Of a stretch of DNA of 64,000 bases, positions 53,287 to 62,354 are shown one piece after another. Below the pieces are notes generated by a model. The model was not told where the DNA came from, did not search any database, and saw nothing but the letters and a program-made list of their open reading frames with translations. The stretch spans positions 320,001 to 384,000 of the forward strand of contig JBKBYA010000002.1 in the NCBI GenBank assembly GCA_046313635.1, written 5' to 3'. Every line of letters starts with the position of its first letter. Within the stretch, counting starts at the first letter, position 1. This stretch comes from Pyrinomonadaceae bacterium (lineage in GTDB: Bacteria > Acidobacteriota > Blastocatellia > Pyrinomonadales > Pyrinomonadaceae). The translations under genes were made by a program, and so were the position numbers.

Positions 53287-53999
53287 AGTCCTCGATATGC
53301 ATTTGGCGGCGGCGGCAGGTCTGAGCCGGTGTCTAGCCGCGGAAATACTTTTCTGTATGCTACCACGTTGGTCGCGAGCATCAGAGGCATCGCGAGATAC
53401 ACGCCGACGCCGCACAGCAGCAGACCTGCGAACGTAAGGCCCATATTCACGAGAATGAGGCCGACCACGCCGCCCAGATTCTTGAGCACCGCGCGGGCGC
53501 TCGTCGTGATCGACCGCACGGCGCCGAGCCGGCGATCGACGATCAGCGGAAAGCTGAAGATCAGCAGCGTGTGCAGGCAGACCATCACGACGATGACGAT
53601 CAGATCGACCACCGCGGCCCCGACGATCATTGCGATCAATTCATCCTCGCTCAGCCGCGGGCCCGTCACTATCGCCAGCGCAATGGGCACGTAGATGAGC
53701 GCGCAGACCAGCACCATCGGCACGACGATCACCAGCGTCACGACGAGGCCCGGCCAAAAGAATTCAAGTCCTTTCCACACGTCGTCGAGCGCGAGCTCGC
53801 CGCCGTCCATCTTGCGGAGCAGCGCGTAAAAGATGCCGCACATCATCGCGCCGAGCAGAATGTACATCGTCACGCCCCCGACCAGCATGCCGACGAGCGT
53901 TATGGCAAAGGCGAGCCAGTAGTCAGGCCTGATGACGGCCCAGGCCTCTTTGGCGCATCCGATGGGCTCGATCGCGTCGGTATTGAATTCGGCATGCAT
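53283..53999 (-). CDS. Integral membrane protein
   Basis: Several TM helices; stop overlaps the ytxJ start. Confidence 0.75.
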   Translation of the reverse strand: MHAEFNTDAIEPIGCAKEAWAVIRPDYWLAFAITLVGMLVGGVTMYILLGAMMCGIFYALLRKMDGGELALDDVWKGLEFFWPGLVVTLVIVVPMVLVCALIYVPIALAIVTGPRLSEDELIAMIVGAAVVDLIVIVVMVCLHTLLIFSFPLIVDRRLGAVRSITTSARAVLKNLGGVVGLILVNMGLTFAGLLLCGVGVYLAMPLMLATNVVAYRKVFPRLDTGSDLPPPPNAYRGL

Positions 54000-54089
54000 A
54001 GGACAGAGCCTCGGACTGATCGGGCCAAAACGAAAGGCAGCGTGCGGTTCGCGGCCATATCATAAGCAAGTTCCGCCGGGCGGCAAAAG

Positions 54090-56285
54090 CTATCCGTTGT
54101 AAATGCGCTCGACGTATTCGCTTACCATTCGGTCGGCCGAGAACTGCGGCGTCAGAGTCGCGATGGCGTTCTTCATCCGCCGCACCCAGTCGACCGGCAC
54201 GCCTCTCTCGTCGCGGGCATAAAAGGCGGGAATGATCGAGCTTTCGAGCGTATCGTACAGAGATTCGACGTCGGCCGCGTCGGTCGCGGCGGCGTCGCCG
54301 CTGTCATCGAGCCCGGCGATAGCAAAGCCGTTCTCGCCGTTGAAGCCCTCGATCCACCAGCCGTCGAGGATCGAAAAATTGAGTACGCCGTTCATCGCGG
54401 CCTTCATTCCGCTCGTGCCGCTTGCCTCAAGCGGCCGCCGCGGCACGTTCATCCAGACGTCAACGCCGTGCACGAGGTAGCGGGCGATCTCCTGATCGTA
54501 GTCCTCGATAAATACCGCTCGCGACTGCCATCCGGAATTGTGGTTGAGGCCCATCAGCTTTTGCAGCATCTCTTTGCCGGGCCGGTCCTGCGGGTGCGCC
54601 TTGCCCGCAAATACGAACTGCACCGGGCGCTCGGCGTCGTCGACAAGCCTGAGCAGGCGCTCGACGTCGGAAAGGATAAGATCCCAGCGTTTATAGGCCG
54701 CGACTCGCCGAGCAAAGCCGATCGTCAGGGCCGACGGCGAGAGCAGAGAGCTCGTGTCGAGCCGCTCGTTGATCGTATCGCGGCCGCCGATGTCGGTCCG
54801 CTTCGTCCTGACGCGGACAAAGGCGACCAGCAGCTCCTTGAGCGTCGAATGCACCGACCAGATCTCGTCGTCCGAGATCGTGTCGAGGGCCGACCTCCAT
54901 GCTGCGGGGTCGCGTGCGACCTCGAGCCAACGCGGGCCGATCCGGCGTTCAAAGAGGTCCTCAAAGAGAGGCGCGATCCACGTCGGAGCATGGACGCCAT
55001 TGGTCACGTGACCGATCGGCACCTGGTCGGGGCCGTCGACCTCGGGAAACATCTTGAGCCAAAGTTTGCGCGAGACCTCGCCGTGTCTGGCGGCGACGCC
55101 GTTGGCCGAGCGGCACATTCTGAGGGCAAAGGGCGTCATTCCGAAAGGCTCGGCCGCGTTCGACGGATCTGTCCTGCCGAGCGCGGCAAAGTCCTCGCGC
55201 GACAGCTTGAGGGCCGCGATGTAGTCTTGGCGAAAGCAAGCTTTCAGCACCTCGGGATCAAAGACGTCGTTGCCCGCCTCGACCGGCGTATGCGTGGTAA
55301 AGACGCATTGCCGGCGGACGGCCTGCCGGGCGTCGTCAAAGCTCGCCTCGGGATGCTCGTGAATGTACTCGGTCGCGAGCTCGAGCGTGAGAAAGGCCGA
55401 GTGGCCCTCATTCAGATGAAACACCGACGGGCGGCAGTCAAGCCGCCGCAGCAGCCGCACGCCGCCGATGCCGAGCAGCTTTTCCTGCACAATGCGCGTC
55501 TCGGTATCGCCGCCGTAGAGGTGGCCCGTGATCAGGCGGTCGATCTCGTCGTTCTCCGGCAGATTCGAATCGAGCAGGTAGAGCGGTACGCGGCCGACGC
55601 GCGCGAGCCACGCTTGAGCATGGACCTCGCGGCCGCGGATATGCACCGAGACCTTAATGCGCTCGCCGGCGTCGTCGACGACCGGTGTCAACGCGAGCTC
55701 GGAGGCAAAGAGGTCCTGGTAACGCTCCTCCTGCCAGCCGTCGTGCGAGATGCGCTGGCGAAAGTAGCCATAGCGATACAAGAGCCCGACGGCGACCAGC
55801 GGCACGCCGAGATCGCTCGCCGACTTGAGATGATCGCCGGCGAGGATGCCTAGTCCGCCGGAGTAATTCGGCAGTGAGTTGTGCACGCCGTACTCGGCGC
55901 AAAAATAGGCTGCCGGTCGCTCCTGTGTCACTTGCCCGAGATCGCCAAACTCTTTCGCGAGGTACTGATCAAGCCGCGCGTCGAACGCCGCGAGAGCGCG
56001 AAGGTAATCGGCGTCTGCCGATGCCTGCAGCAGCCTCAGATCGTCGATGCGAGTGAGAAGCTCGCGCGGATTCTGTTCGCAGTCGTCCCAGAGCTTTGGC
56101 TCGAGCCGCCGGAAGAGATCGACCCCGCCGGGCAGCCAGCTCCACGCGAAATTGAGCGAAATGCGGTCAAGAGCGGCGAGATTTGCAGGAAGCTCGCGCC
56201 GGAGCGAAAAGTCGCGGCGAAAGCCCTCGCTCGCGAACGTCGTATGTGAGGCCGTTTCGTCGGCCGAAGCTTGTGCGGCGTGCAT
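54090..56285 (-). CDS. glgP: Alpha-glucan phosphorylase
   Basis: YSGGLGILAGDHLKSASD, HLNEGH, TNGVH, AGKAHP, EASGTSGMKA; start approximate. Confidence 0.95.
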   Translation of the reverse strand: MHAAQASADETASHTTFASEGFRRDFSLRRELPANLAALDRISLNFAWSWLPGGVDLFRRLEPKLWDDCEQNPRELLTRIDDLRLLQASADADYLRALAAFDARLDQYLAKEFGDLGQVTQERPAAYFCAEYGVHNSLPNYSGGLGILAGDHLKSASDLGVPLVAVGLLYRYGYFRQRISHDGWQEERYQDLFASELALTPVVDDAGERIKVSVHIRGREVHAQAWLARVGRVPLYLLDSNLPENDEIDRLITGHLYGGDTETRIVQEKLLGIGGVRLLRRLDCRPSVFHLNEGHSAFLTLELATEYIHEHPEASFDDARQAVRRQCVFTTHTPVEAGNDVFDPEVLKACFRQDYIAALKLSREDFAALGRTDPSNAAEPFGMTPFALRMCRSANGVAARHGEVSRKLWLKMFPEVDGPDQVPIGHVTNGVHAPTWIAPLFEDLFERRIGPRWLEVARDPAAWRSALDTISDDEIWSVHSTLKELLVAFVRVRTKRTDIGGRDTINERLDTSSLLSPSALTIGFARRVAAYKRWDLILSDVERLLRLVDDAERPVQFVFAGKAHPQDRPGKEMLQKLMGLNHNSGWQSRAVFIEDYDQEIARYLVHGVDVWMNVPRRPLEASGTSGMKAAMNGVLNFSILDGWWIEGFNGENGFAIAGLDDSGDAAATDAADVESLYDTLESSIIPAFYARDERGVPVDWVRRMKNAIATLTPQFSADRMVSEYVERIYNG

Positions 56286-56412
56286 ATTGTCCGACACCAG
56301 GGATCGTAAAACCTCCTCTTCTGTTGTTTCCAGAATACTAAATTCAGCCGTGAAGTGGCGTGCGGCCGAGCGGCAAAATTTGAACGTCGATGTGGCGGCC
56401 GCCGATCTCGTG

Positions 56413-56964
56413 TCAGAGATCGAACCGCTGGTGTCGAATAAAGGTCTCGGCGTCGGCCCGCGAAAAAAAGACGAGACGGACCGTACGGATCGTGTAGAGC
56501 TCGGCGAGCGCTTGGGCGACGGCCCGCGAGGCGACGGCGGCAGCGTCAGGTTTCGGATAGGAGTATGCGCCGGTCGAGATCGAGGGAAAGGCGACCGACC
56601 CGATCGAGTGCTCGGCCGCGAGCCGAAGTGAATTGACGTACGCGGCCGAGAGCAGATGCGGCTCGTCGCCGCCGTGCCGGCCGTAGATCGGCCCGACGGT
56701 GTGAATGACATATTTTGCGGGCAGCAGTCCGGCGCTCGTAATGACGGCCTCGCCCGTCGGGAGTCCGGCGGGATATCTTGTCTCGCGTATCCGACGGCAT
56801 TCCTCGAGAATGGCGGGCCCGCCGGCATCGTGGATCGCGCCGTCGACGCCGCCGCCGCCGAGCAGAGTGGAATTTGCGGCGTTCACTATCGCGTCGACCG
56901 CTTCGAGAGTGATGTCGCCAACTTTTATCCGCACACGGCCGTCGAGGAATTCGGTGATCGCCAT
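56413..56964 (-). CDS. Macro domain O-acetyl-ADP-ribose deacetylase (YmdB-like)
   Basis: [33 protein letters not shown]. Confidence 0.93.
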   Translation of the reverse strand: MAITEFLDGRVRIKVGDITLEAVDAIVNAANSTLLGGGGVDGAIHDAGGPAILEECRRIRETRYPAGLPTGEAVITSAGLLPAKYVIHTVGPIYGRHGGDEPHLLSAAYVNSLRLAAEHSIGSVAFPSISTGAYSYPKPDAAAVASRAVAQALAELYTIRTVRLVFFSRADAETFIRHQRFDL

Positions 56965-57135
56965 TCCTCGAAGATATCATTTGAGCTCGATACCAGTCGT
57001 TAACGGAAGCGAGCGGACCAAAAGTTTCAGCTTTCTTGAGAGCGTGCCGCGATTTACGTAACATTTGTTCTTCGGTGCGATCTTGTGCAGATGTTGCAGC
57101 GGTGAATTTTGATCCGGACCGCTTGGAAGAGAGCC

Positions 57136-57163
57136 TGACAACCGACCACCGACAATCGACAAC
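57136..57163. repeat. Heptamer (CGACAAC)n array upstream of mtnA
   Basis: TGACAAC CGACCAC CGACAAT CGACAAC. Confidence 0.6.
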
Positions 57164-57172
57164 TTCACTCTT

Positions 57173-58228
57173 ATGAACCTGAACATCATTCCCGTCGAAT
57201 GGACCGACGAGGGCGTCCGAATGCTCGACCAGCGTTTGCTGCCGACCGAAGAGAAATGGTTGATGCTGCGCACCTGCGACGAGGTCGCGCGAGGCATCAA
57301 GGACATGGTCGTCCGCGGCGCCCCGGCGATCGGCGTTTCGGCGGCGTACGGCGTCGCGCTCGGCGCGAGTCAATTCGTCGGCACGACGGTCGAAGATCTC
57401 GAGGACGAGCTCGAATATATCTGCGACGTGCTCGGCAAGACTCGGCCGACGGCGGTCAATCTCTTTTGGGCGATCGATCGAATGAAGCGCACGTTCCAAC
57501 GTGCGAAGTCGGAAGGGAAGTCGGTCAGCGAGGTCAAGCAGATACTTATCGACGAAGCGAAAGCGATCCACGAAGAAGACATCGAAGCGCAGCGGCTGAT
57601 AGCGAAGTTCGGCGGTGAGCTGATCGAGGATGACTCGACCGTTCTAACGCACTGCAACGCCGGGGCTCTCGCGACGGGCGGGGTCTGGGGCACGGCGTTG
57701 GGCGTCATTCGCGGCGCGGTCGATCAGGGAAAAAAGGTCTCGGTCATCGCCGACGAGACGCGGCCGTACCTGCAGGGAGCTCGTCTGACCGCCTGGGAGC
57801 TGCTCAAGGACGACATTCCCGTGACGCTCATCACCGACAACATGAGCGGTCATATGATGAAAAAGGGAAAGGTCCAGGCCGTCGTCGTCGGGGCCGACCG
57901 CATCGCCGCGAATGGCGACGCCGCGAACAAGATCGGCACGTATATGGTCGCGGTTCTCGCGCGTCAGCACGGGATCCCGTTCTACGTCGCCGCGCCGCTC
58001 TCGACCGTCGATCTTGACTGCCCGACCGGCGACGAGATCCCGATCGAGGAACGCGACCCTCGCGAGGTGACGCACGTCAAGGACATTCAGCTCGCACCTG
58101 AAGGGATCGATGTCGGCAACTACGCTTTTGACGTGACGCCAAACGAGCTGATCGCGGCGATAATTACCGAAAAGGGCGTCGCGAGAGCTCCTTACACGGA
58201 AAGCCTGAAAAAGCAGTTCGAAAGTTGA
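57173..58228 (+). CDS. mtnA: S-methyl-5-thioribose-1-phosphate isomerase
   Basis: [48 protein letters not shown]. Confidence 0.95.
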   Translation: MNLNIIPVEWTDEGVRMLDQRLLPTEEKWLMLRTCDEVARGIKDMVVRGAPAIGVSAAYGVALGASQFVGTTVEDLEDELEYICDVLGKTRPTAVNLFWAIDRMKRTFQRAKSEGKSVSEVKQILIDEAKAIHEEDIEAQRLIAKFGGELIEDDSTVLTHCNAGALATGGVWGTALGVIRGAVDQGKKVSVIADETRPYLQGARLTAWELLKDDIPVTLITDNMSGHMMKKGKVQAVVVGADRIAANGDAANKIGTYMVAVLARQHGIPFYVAAPLSTVDLDCPTGDEIPIEERDPREVTHVKDIQLAPEGIDVGNYAFDVTPNELIAAIITEKGVARAPYTESLKKQFES

Positions 58229-58273
58229 GGTGCTATACTGACAGCCAACCGAGTGACCATTCATTTTTAGACT

Positions 58274-60019
58274 ATGATCGAACGCGAACAGATCGAGATG
58301 GACGTGGTTTTTGTCGGCGCGGGGCCGGCAAACCTCGCCGCGGCGCTACACCTGAAGAACCAGACCAGAGAGCATAACCGATACGTCGAGAGCGGCATCA
58401 AGCCCGGCCGCGTGATCGACGATCTGGAGATCGCGATCGTCGAAAAAGGTTCCTTCGTCGGAGCGCACATTCTCTCAGGGGCCGTGATGGACGCGCGGGC
58501 AATCCGCGAACTGATGCCCGACTTTCTCGAGCAGGGCTGCCCGGTCGACACGGTCGTGACCGAGGATGAATTTTGGTACTTGACCGAGAAGAGCTCGATC
58601 AATTCGCCGATCGTCCCGCCGCCGCTCAAGAACAAGGGGAAATACATCCTGTCGCTTTCGAAAATGTGCGAGTGGCTGGCCGAAAAATGTGAAGAAGCGG
58701 GCATCAACATCTTTCCCGAATTTCCGGCGAGCGAGGTCTTGTACGGCGACGACGATCGCGTGATCGGCATCCGCACCGGCGACAAGGGCATCGGCAAGGA
58801 TGGGCAGCCAAAGCCCAACTTCGAACCCGGCGTCGACATCCTCGCAAAGGTCACCGTCCTCGGCGAAGGCTCGCGCGGCTCTCTTGCCAAGCAGCTGATG
58901 GCGCGGCTCGGCCTGATGAACGGCAAAGAGCCGCAGATGTTCTCGCTCGGCGTAAAAGAACTCTGGGAGGTCCCGGAAGGGAATTTTGCGGAGGGCAAGG
59001 TCGTCCATACGCTCGGCTTCCCGTCGGACAACGACACGTACGGCGGCGGCTGGATCTACGGGATGAAGAACAACGTCGTCAGCATCGGCTACGTGACCGG
59101 TCTCGATTACAAAGATCCGCTGATCGATCCGCACGCGGAATTTCAAAAATTCAAGACGCATCCCAAGGTCGCCGCCGTTCTCAAGGGCGGCAAGATGATC
59201 AAGTACGGCGCCAAGACGATCAACGCCGGCGGCTACTGGACGATGCCGCGGCTGTACGCCGACGGCGTGCTGCTCGTCGGCGACACGGCGTCATTCCTCA
59301 ACGGCCAAAGGATCAAGGGGATCCACACGGCGATGAAATCGGGAATGCTCGCCGCCGAGACGATCGTCGCGGCATTCGATCATCAGGATTTTTCGGCGCG
59401 GACGCTCAAGCATTACGACGACAAGGTAAATATGAGCTGGATCTACGACGAACTGTATCCGGTGCGGAACTTTCACGCGTCGTTCCAGGCCGGCAGGATG
59501 TCGGCGCTCGTCAACGGCGGACTGCAGTACGTGACGGGCGGTTTGTCGTGGGGATTCATGCCGAAGGAGCATCACGTCGCCGGGCACAAACGGATGGAGG
59601 AGCTCAACGGCGGTTTGCCTAACAAGGACGGCCTCAACGGCCTCGGCCCCAACGACCATCTCGCGGGCACGCGCCGCTACGGTGCGCTGAAATTCGATAA
59701 AGAACTGACCTTTGACAAGGTCACCGACGTCTATCACGGCGCGGTCGCCCACGACGAGGACCAGCCGTCGCACCTGCACGTGCTCGACACCGAACTGTGC
59801 GCGACTCGCTGCGCCGAGGAGTACGGCAACCCGTGCCAGCGATTTTGCCCGGCCGCGGTCTACGAGATGGAGGTCAACTCCGCCACCGGACGCCGCGAGC
59901 TGAAGGTAAATTTCTCAAACTGCGTTCACTGCAAGACCTGCGACATAATGGACCCGTACCAGATCATCAACTGGGTCACGCCCGAGGGCGGCGGCGGACC
60001 GAATTACAAGGGAATGTAA
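58274..60019 (+). CDS. Electron transfer flavoprotein-ubiquinone oxidoreductase
   Basis: VGAGPA, GAHILSGA, KGIHTAMKSG, FCPAAVYE, NCVHCKTCDI, PEGGGGPNY. Confidence 0.95.
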   Translation: MIEREQIEMDVVFVGAGPANLAAALHLKNQTREHNRYVESGIKPGRVIDDLEIAIVEKGSFVGAHILSGAVMDARAIRELMPDFLEQGCPVDTVVTEDEFWYLTEKSSINSPIVPPPLKNKGKYILSLSKMCEWLAEKCEEAGINIFPEFPASEVLYGDDDRVIGIRTGDKGIGKDGQPKPNFEPGVDILAKVTVLGEGSRGSLAKQLMARLGLMNGKEPQMFSLGVKELWEVPEGNFAEGKVVHTLGFPSDNDTYGGGWIYGMKNNVVSIGYVTGLDYKDPLIDPHAEFQKFKTHPKVAAVLKGGKMIKYGAKTINAGGYWTMPRLYADGVLLVGDTASFLNGQRIKGIHTAMKSGMLAAETIVAAFDHQDFSARTLKHYDDKVNMSWIYDELYPVRNFHASFQAGRMSALVNGGLQYVTGGLSWGFMPKEHHVAGHKRMEELNGGLPNKDGLNGLGPNDHLAGTRRYGALKFDKELTFDKVTDVYHGAVAHDEDQPSHLHVLDTELCATRCAEEYGNPCQRFCPAAVYEMEVNSATGRRELKVNFSNCVHCKTCDIMDPYQIINWVTPEGGGGPNYKGM

Positions 60020-60081
60020 CTTGCTCGTCTAACCTCCGAATTTACTTTCGTCTCGATTTGAGACAATTCAAGGAGGTTGAA

Positions 60082-60300
60082 ATGGGCATTTTTAACAGCA
60101 ACAGCGACGAGGCCGAAGGCAAATGGGAGCAGGTCAAGGGGACCGTTAAAGACAAGGCCGGCGAGATCACCGGCGACCGGGATCTGGAGGCCGAGGGCGA
60201 GGCTCAGAATGTCGGCGGCAAAGCACAGGAGGGCTGGGGCAAGATCAAACACGGGGTCGCCGACACGCTCGATTCTGTGAAGGATTCGATAAATCGCTGA
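60082..60300 (+). CDS. CsbD family stress protein
   Basis: EGKWEQVKGTVK..G..TGD..LEAEG; AGGAGG RBS. Confidence 0.9.
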   Translation: MGIFNSNSDEAEGKWEQVKGTVKDKAGEITGDRDLEAEGEAQNVGGKAQEGWGKIKHGVADTLDSVKDSINR

Positions 60301-60323
60301 CAGTTACATAACCAAACCAGACT

Positions 60324-60350
60324 AGAGGTCGTCTGAAAAGGCGGCCTCTT
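60324..60350 (+). terminator. Hairpin after csbD (repeated hairpin family)
   Basis: AGAGGTCGTCT-GAAA-AGGCGGCCTCT. Confidence 0.65.
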
Positions 60351-60470
60351 ATTCATTTGGCCAGTCGATCAGTCATTCGCTATTTGAACGGCTTTATGAA
60401 GAGACATCAGAAAACGGGCGATGCCCGACGCCGCACGGCCGCAAAAGCCGACGGCGGCCCGGCCAAATGC

Positions 60471-60500
60471 AAAAAGGCTGCCCTTCAGACAGCCTCTTTT
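60471..60500 (-). terminator. Terminator after rpoZ (repeated hairpin family)
   Basis: Minus strand reads AGAGGCTGTCTGAAGGGCAGCCTTTTT. Confidence 0.7.
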
Positions 60501-60519
60501 CACTGCTATTTACGGCCGA

Positions 60520-60774
60520 TCAGCGGCCCTGCTTTTCAGCATCGAGGATCTCGAAATTGACCTTCCGTTCGCTGATCTCCTTGAGCGCGACACGTGTCGG
60601 CTTTGTCTTTCGCAGGTCGGCGTCGACGCGCGGCTGGGCACCGCGTTGGAGCTGCTTGCTCCGCTGTGCGGCTAGAATGATCAGGCGGTACTTGGAATCG
60701 ATCTCGGGCGGATCGATCTTTGTCAGATCGACCTCTTCCGTTTCCGGTGCGGTTTCTTTTGCTTTAGCGGCCAT
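60520..60774 (-). CDS. rpoZ: RNA polymerase omega subunit
   Basis: DSKYRLIILAAQRSKQL..KPTRVALKEI; follows gmk. Confidence 0.93.
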   Translation of the reverse strand: MAAKAKETAPETEEVDLTKIDPPEIDSKYRLIILAAQRSKQLQRGAQPRVDADLRKTKPTRVALKEISERKVNFEILDAEKQGR

Positions 60775-60790
60775 AATCTTGAGTTCCTTA

Positions 60791-61420
60791 TCACGGAGTC
60801 TCTCGCGGGGTGACTCCGAAACTACCAAGGATACTGCAGATAGCTTCGGTTTGTCTAACCGGACGCTGTCGATCGCCGATGATGACCGATGCCAGCTTGC
60901 GTGCGGCGGAGAAGATCTCGTCGTTGATGATGACGTATTTGAATCGCGAATACTGCATCACCTCGCCCACCGAATTGCGGAGCCGCAGCTCGAGATCGTC
61001 GTGGTCCTCGGTGCCTCGTGCGATCAGTCGAGCTTTAAGCACCTCAAATGACGGCGGCAGGATAAAGATGCTGAGCGCGTCGGGCCGCTTTTCCATTACG
61101 GCCAAGGCGCCCTGAACGTCGATCTCGAGGATCACGTCGCGGCCCTCGTCGGTCATCCGCTCGACGAATGAGGCCGACGTCCCGTACATATTGCCGTGGA
61201 CCTCGGCGTACTCGAGAAAGCCGCCGGCCGCGATCTGGTCGTCGAACTCCTCTCTAGAAACGAAGTGATAGTGGCGGCCGTCTTCTTCGCCGAATCTCGG
61301 AGCGCGGGTCGTGTACGAGACCGAGTAGCCGAGGTCGGGCACGCTCTCGAGCACCTCTTTGATGAGTGTTCCTTTACCGCCGCCCGAGGGCGAACTTATG
61401 ATGATCAGGTTTCCTTTCAT
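60791..61420 (-). CDS. gmk: Guanylate kinase
   Basis: SPSGGGKGT, SYTTRAPR, YHFVS, YGT, LEIDVQGA. Confidence 0.97.
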   Translation of the reverse strand: MKGNLIIISSPSGGGKGTLIKEVLESVPDLGYSVSYTTRAPRFGEEDGRHYHFVSREEFDDQIAAGGFLEYAEVHGNMYGTSASFVERMTDEGRDVILEIDVQGALAVMEKRPDALSIFILPPSFEVLKARLIARGTEDHDDLELRLRNSVGEVMQYSRFKYVIINDEIFSAARKLASVIIGDRQRPVRQTEAICSILGSFGVTPRETP

Positions 61421-61473
61421 GACCGCTGAGGGATGCCGCGGAGCAGGCCCGCGGGCGATGTATCCGCCGGAAA

Positions 61474-62352
61474 CTACTCAACATTCTGTACCTGTTCGCG
61501 GATTTTCTCAATCTCGCTTTTGATCGCGAGAGCGTTCTCCTTGATCGCGAGATTGTTGGTCTTTGACGCGATCGTGTTCGCCTCGCGATTGAGCTCCTGC
61601 GTAAGAAAGTCGAGCCGCTTGCCGACGTCGCGTGTGTCTTTCATTATGCCGCGAAACTGCTCGATGTGGCCGCGGAGCCGTGCGATCTCCTCCGAGATGT
61701 CCGAGCGGTCGGCAAGATATGCGACCTCCTGAGCGAGGCGTCCCTGATCGATCTCGATCTGTGCGTCGGTCTTGGCCAAAAGCTCGCCGATCCGCTTGGT
61801 CAGTTTTTGCCGGTACTCGTCGGTAACGGTCTCGCTCGCGGCCTCGATCGGGCCGAGCCGCGATTCGATCTCGCTGAGGCGGCTCTCGAGCTCGTTGTGA
61901 AGGATCTGGCCCTCGTTGGCGCGCATATTCTCGAGGTCGTCGAGCGCGAGGCCGACGGCCTTTTCGACCGCGACGATGAACTCGTCCGAGAGGTCGTCCT
62001 TGCGCGCCGTCAGCACGTTTGGCAGGCGGGCGATCACGTTGAGGTCCGGCTCGCCCGAGAGCGAAAATTCCTCCTGCATCTGCTTCATCGCCGCGATAAA
62101 GCCGCCGATCACCGGCCGGTTAAGCTCGTATGCGACCTCGGCGACGCGGTCGTATTGCAGGTTGACGTCGACGCGGCCGCGTGAGAGGCGATTGCCGATA
62201 ATGCGCTTGATGGTCGACTCGAGCTGCTGCATCTCGCCGTTAAGGCGCAGGGCTACGTCCAGGAAACGATTATTGACGGTCTTTAATTCGACAGTGACGG
62301 CAAAGCCAGTCTCGACCACAACTCCTCGGCCAAAGCCGGTCATCGATCTCAT
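61474..62352 (-). CDS. yicC: YicC/YloC family endoribonuclease
   Basis: MRSMTGFG, DISEEIARL, GKRLDFLTQELNREANT, EKIREQVQNVE. Confidence 0.95.
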   Translation of the reverse strand: MRSMTGFGRGVVVETGFAVTVELKTVNNRFLDVALRLNGEMQQLESTIKRIIGNRLSRGRVDVNLQYDRVAEVAYELNRPVIGGFIAAMKQMQEEFSLSGEPDLNVIARLPNVLTARKDDLSDEFIVAVEKAVGLALDDLENMRANEGQILHNELESRLSEIESRLGPIEAASETVTDEYRQKLTKRIGELLAKTDAQIEIDQGRLAQEVAYLADRSDISEEIARLRGHIEQFRGIMKDTRDVGKRLDFLTQELNREANTIASKTNNLAIKENALAIKSEIEKIREQVQNVE

Positions 62353-62354
62353 AT

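Noticed and set aside
56286..56828. 180-aa N-terminal extension of glgP in the ORF track
   Set aside because: Overlaps the macro-domain gene in another frame; low-complexity artefact of taking the first start codon
56965..57135. Methionine/SAM riboswitch upstream of mtnA
   Set aside because: No recognisable aptamer consensus or terminator; consistent with a divergent promoter region
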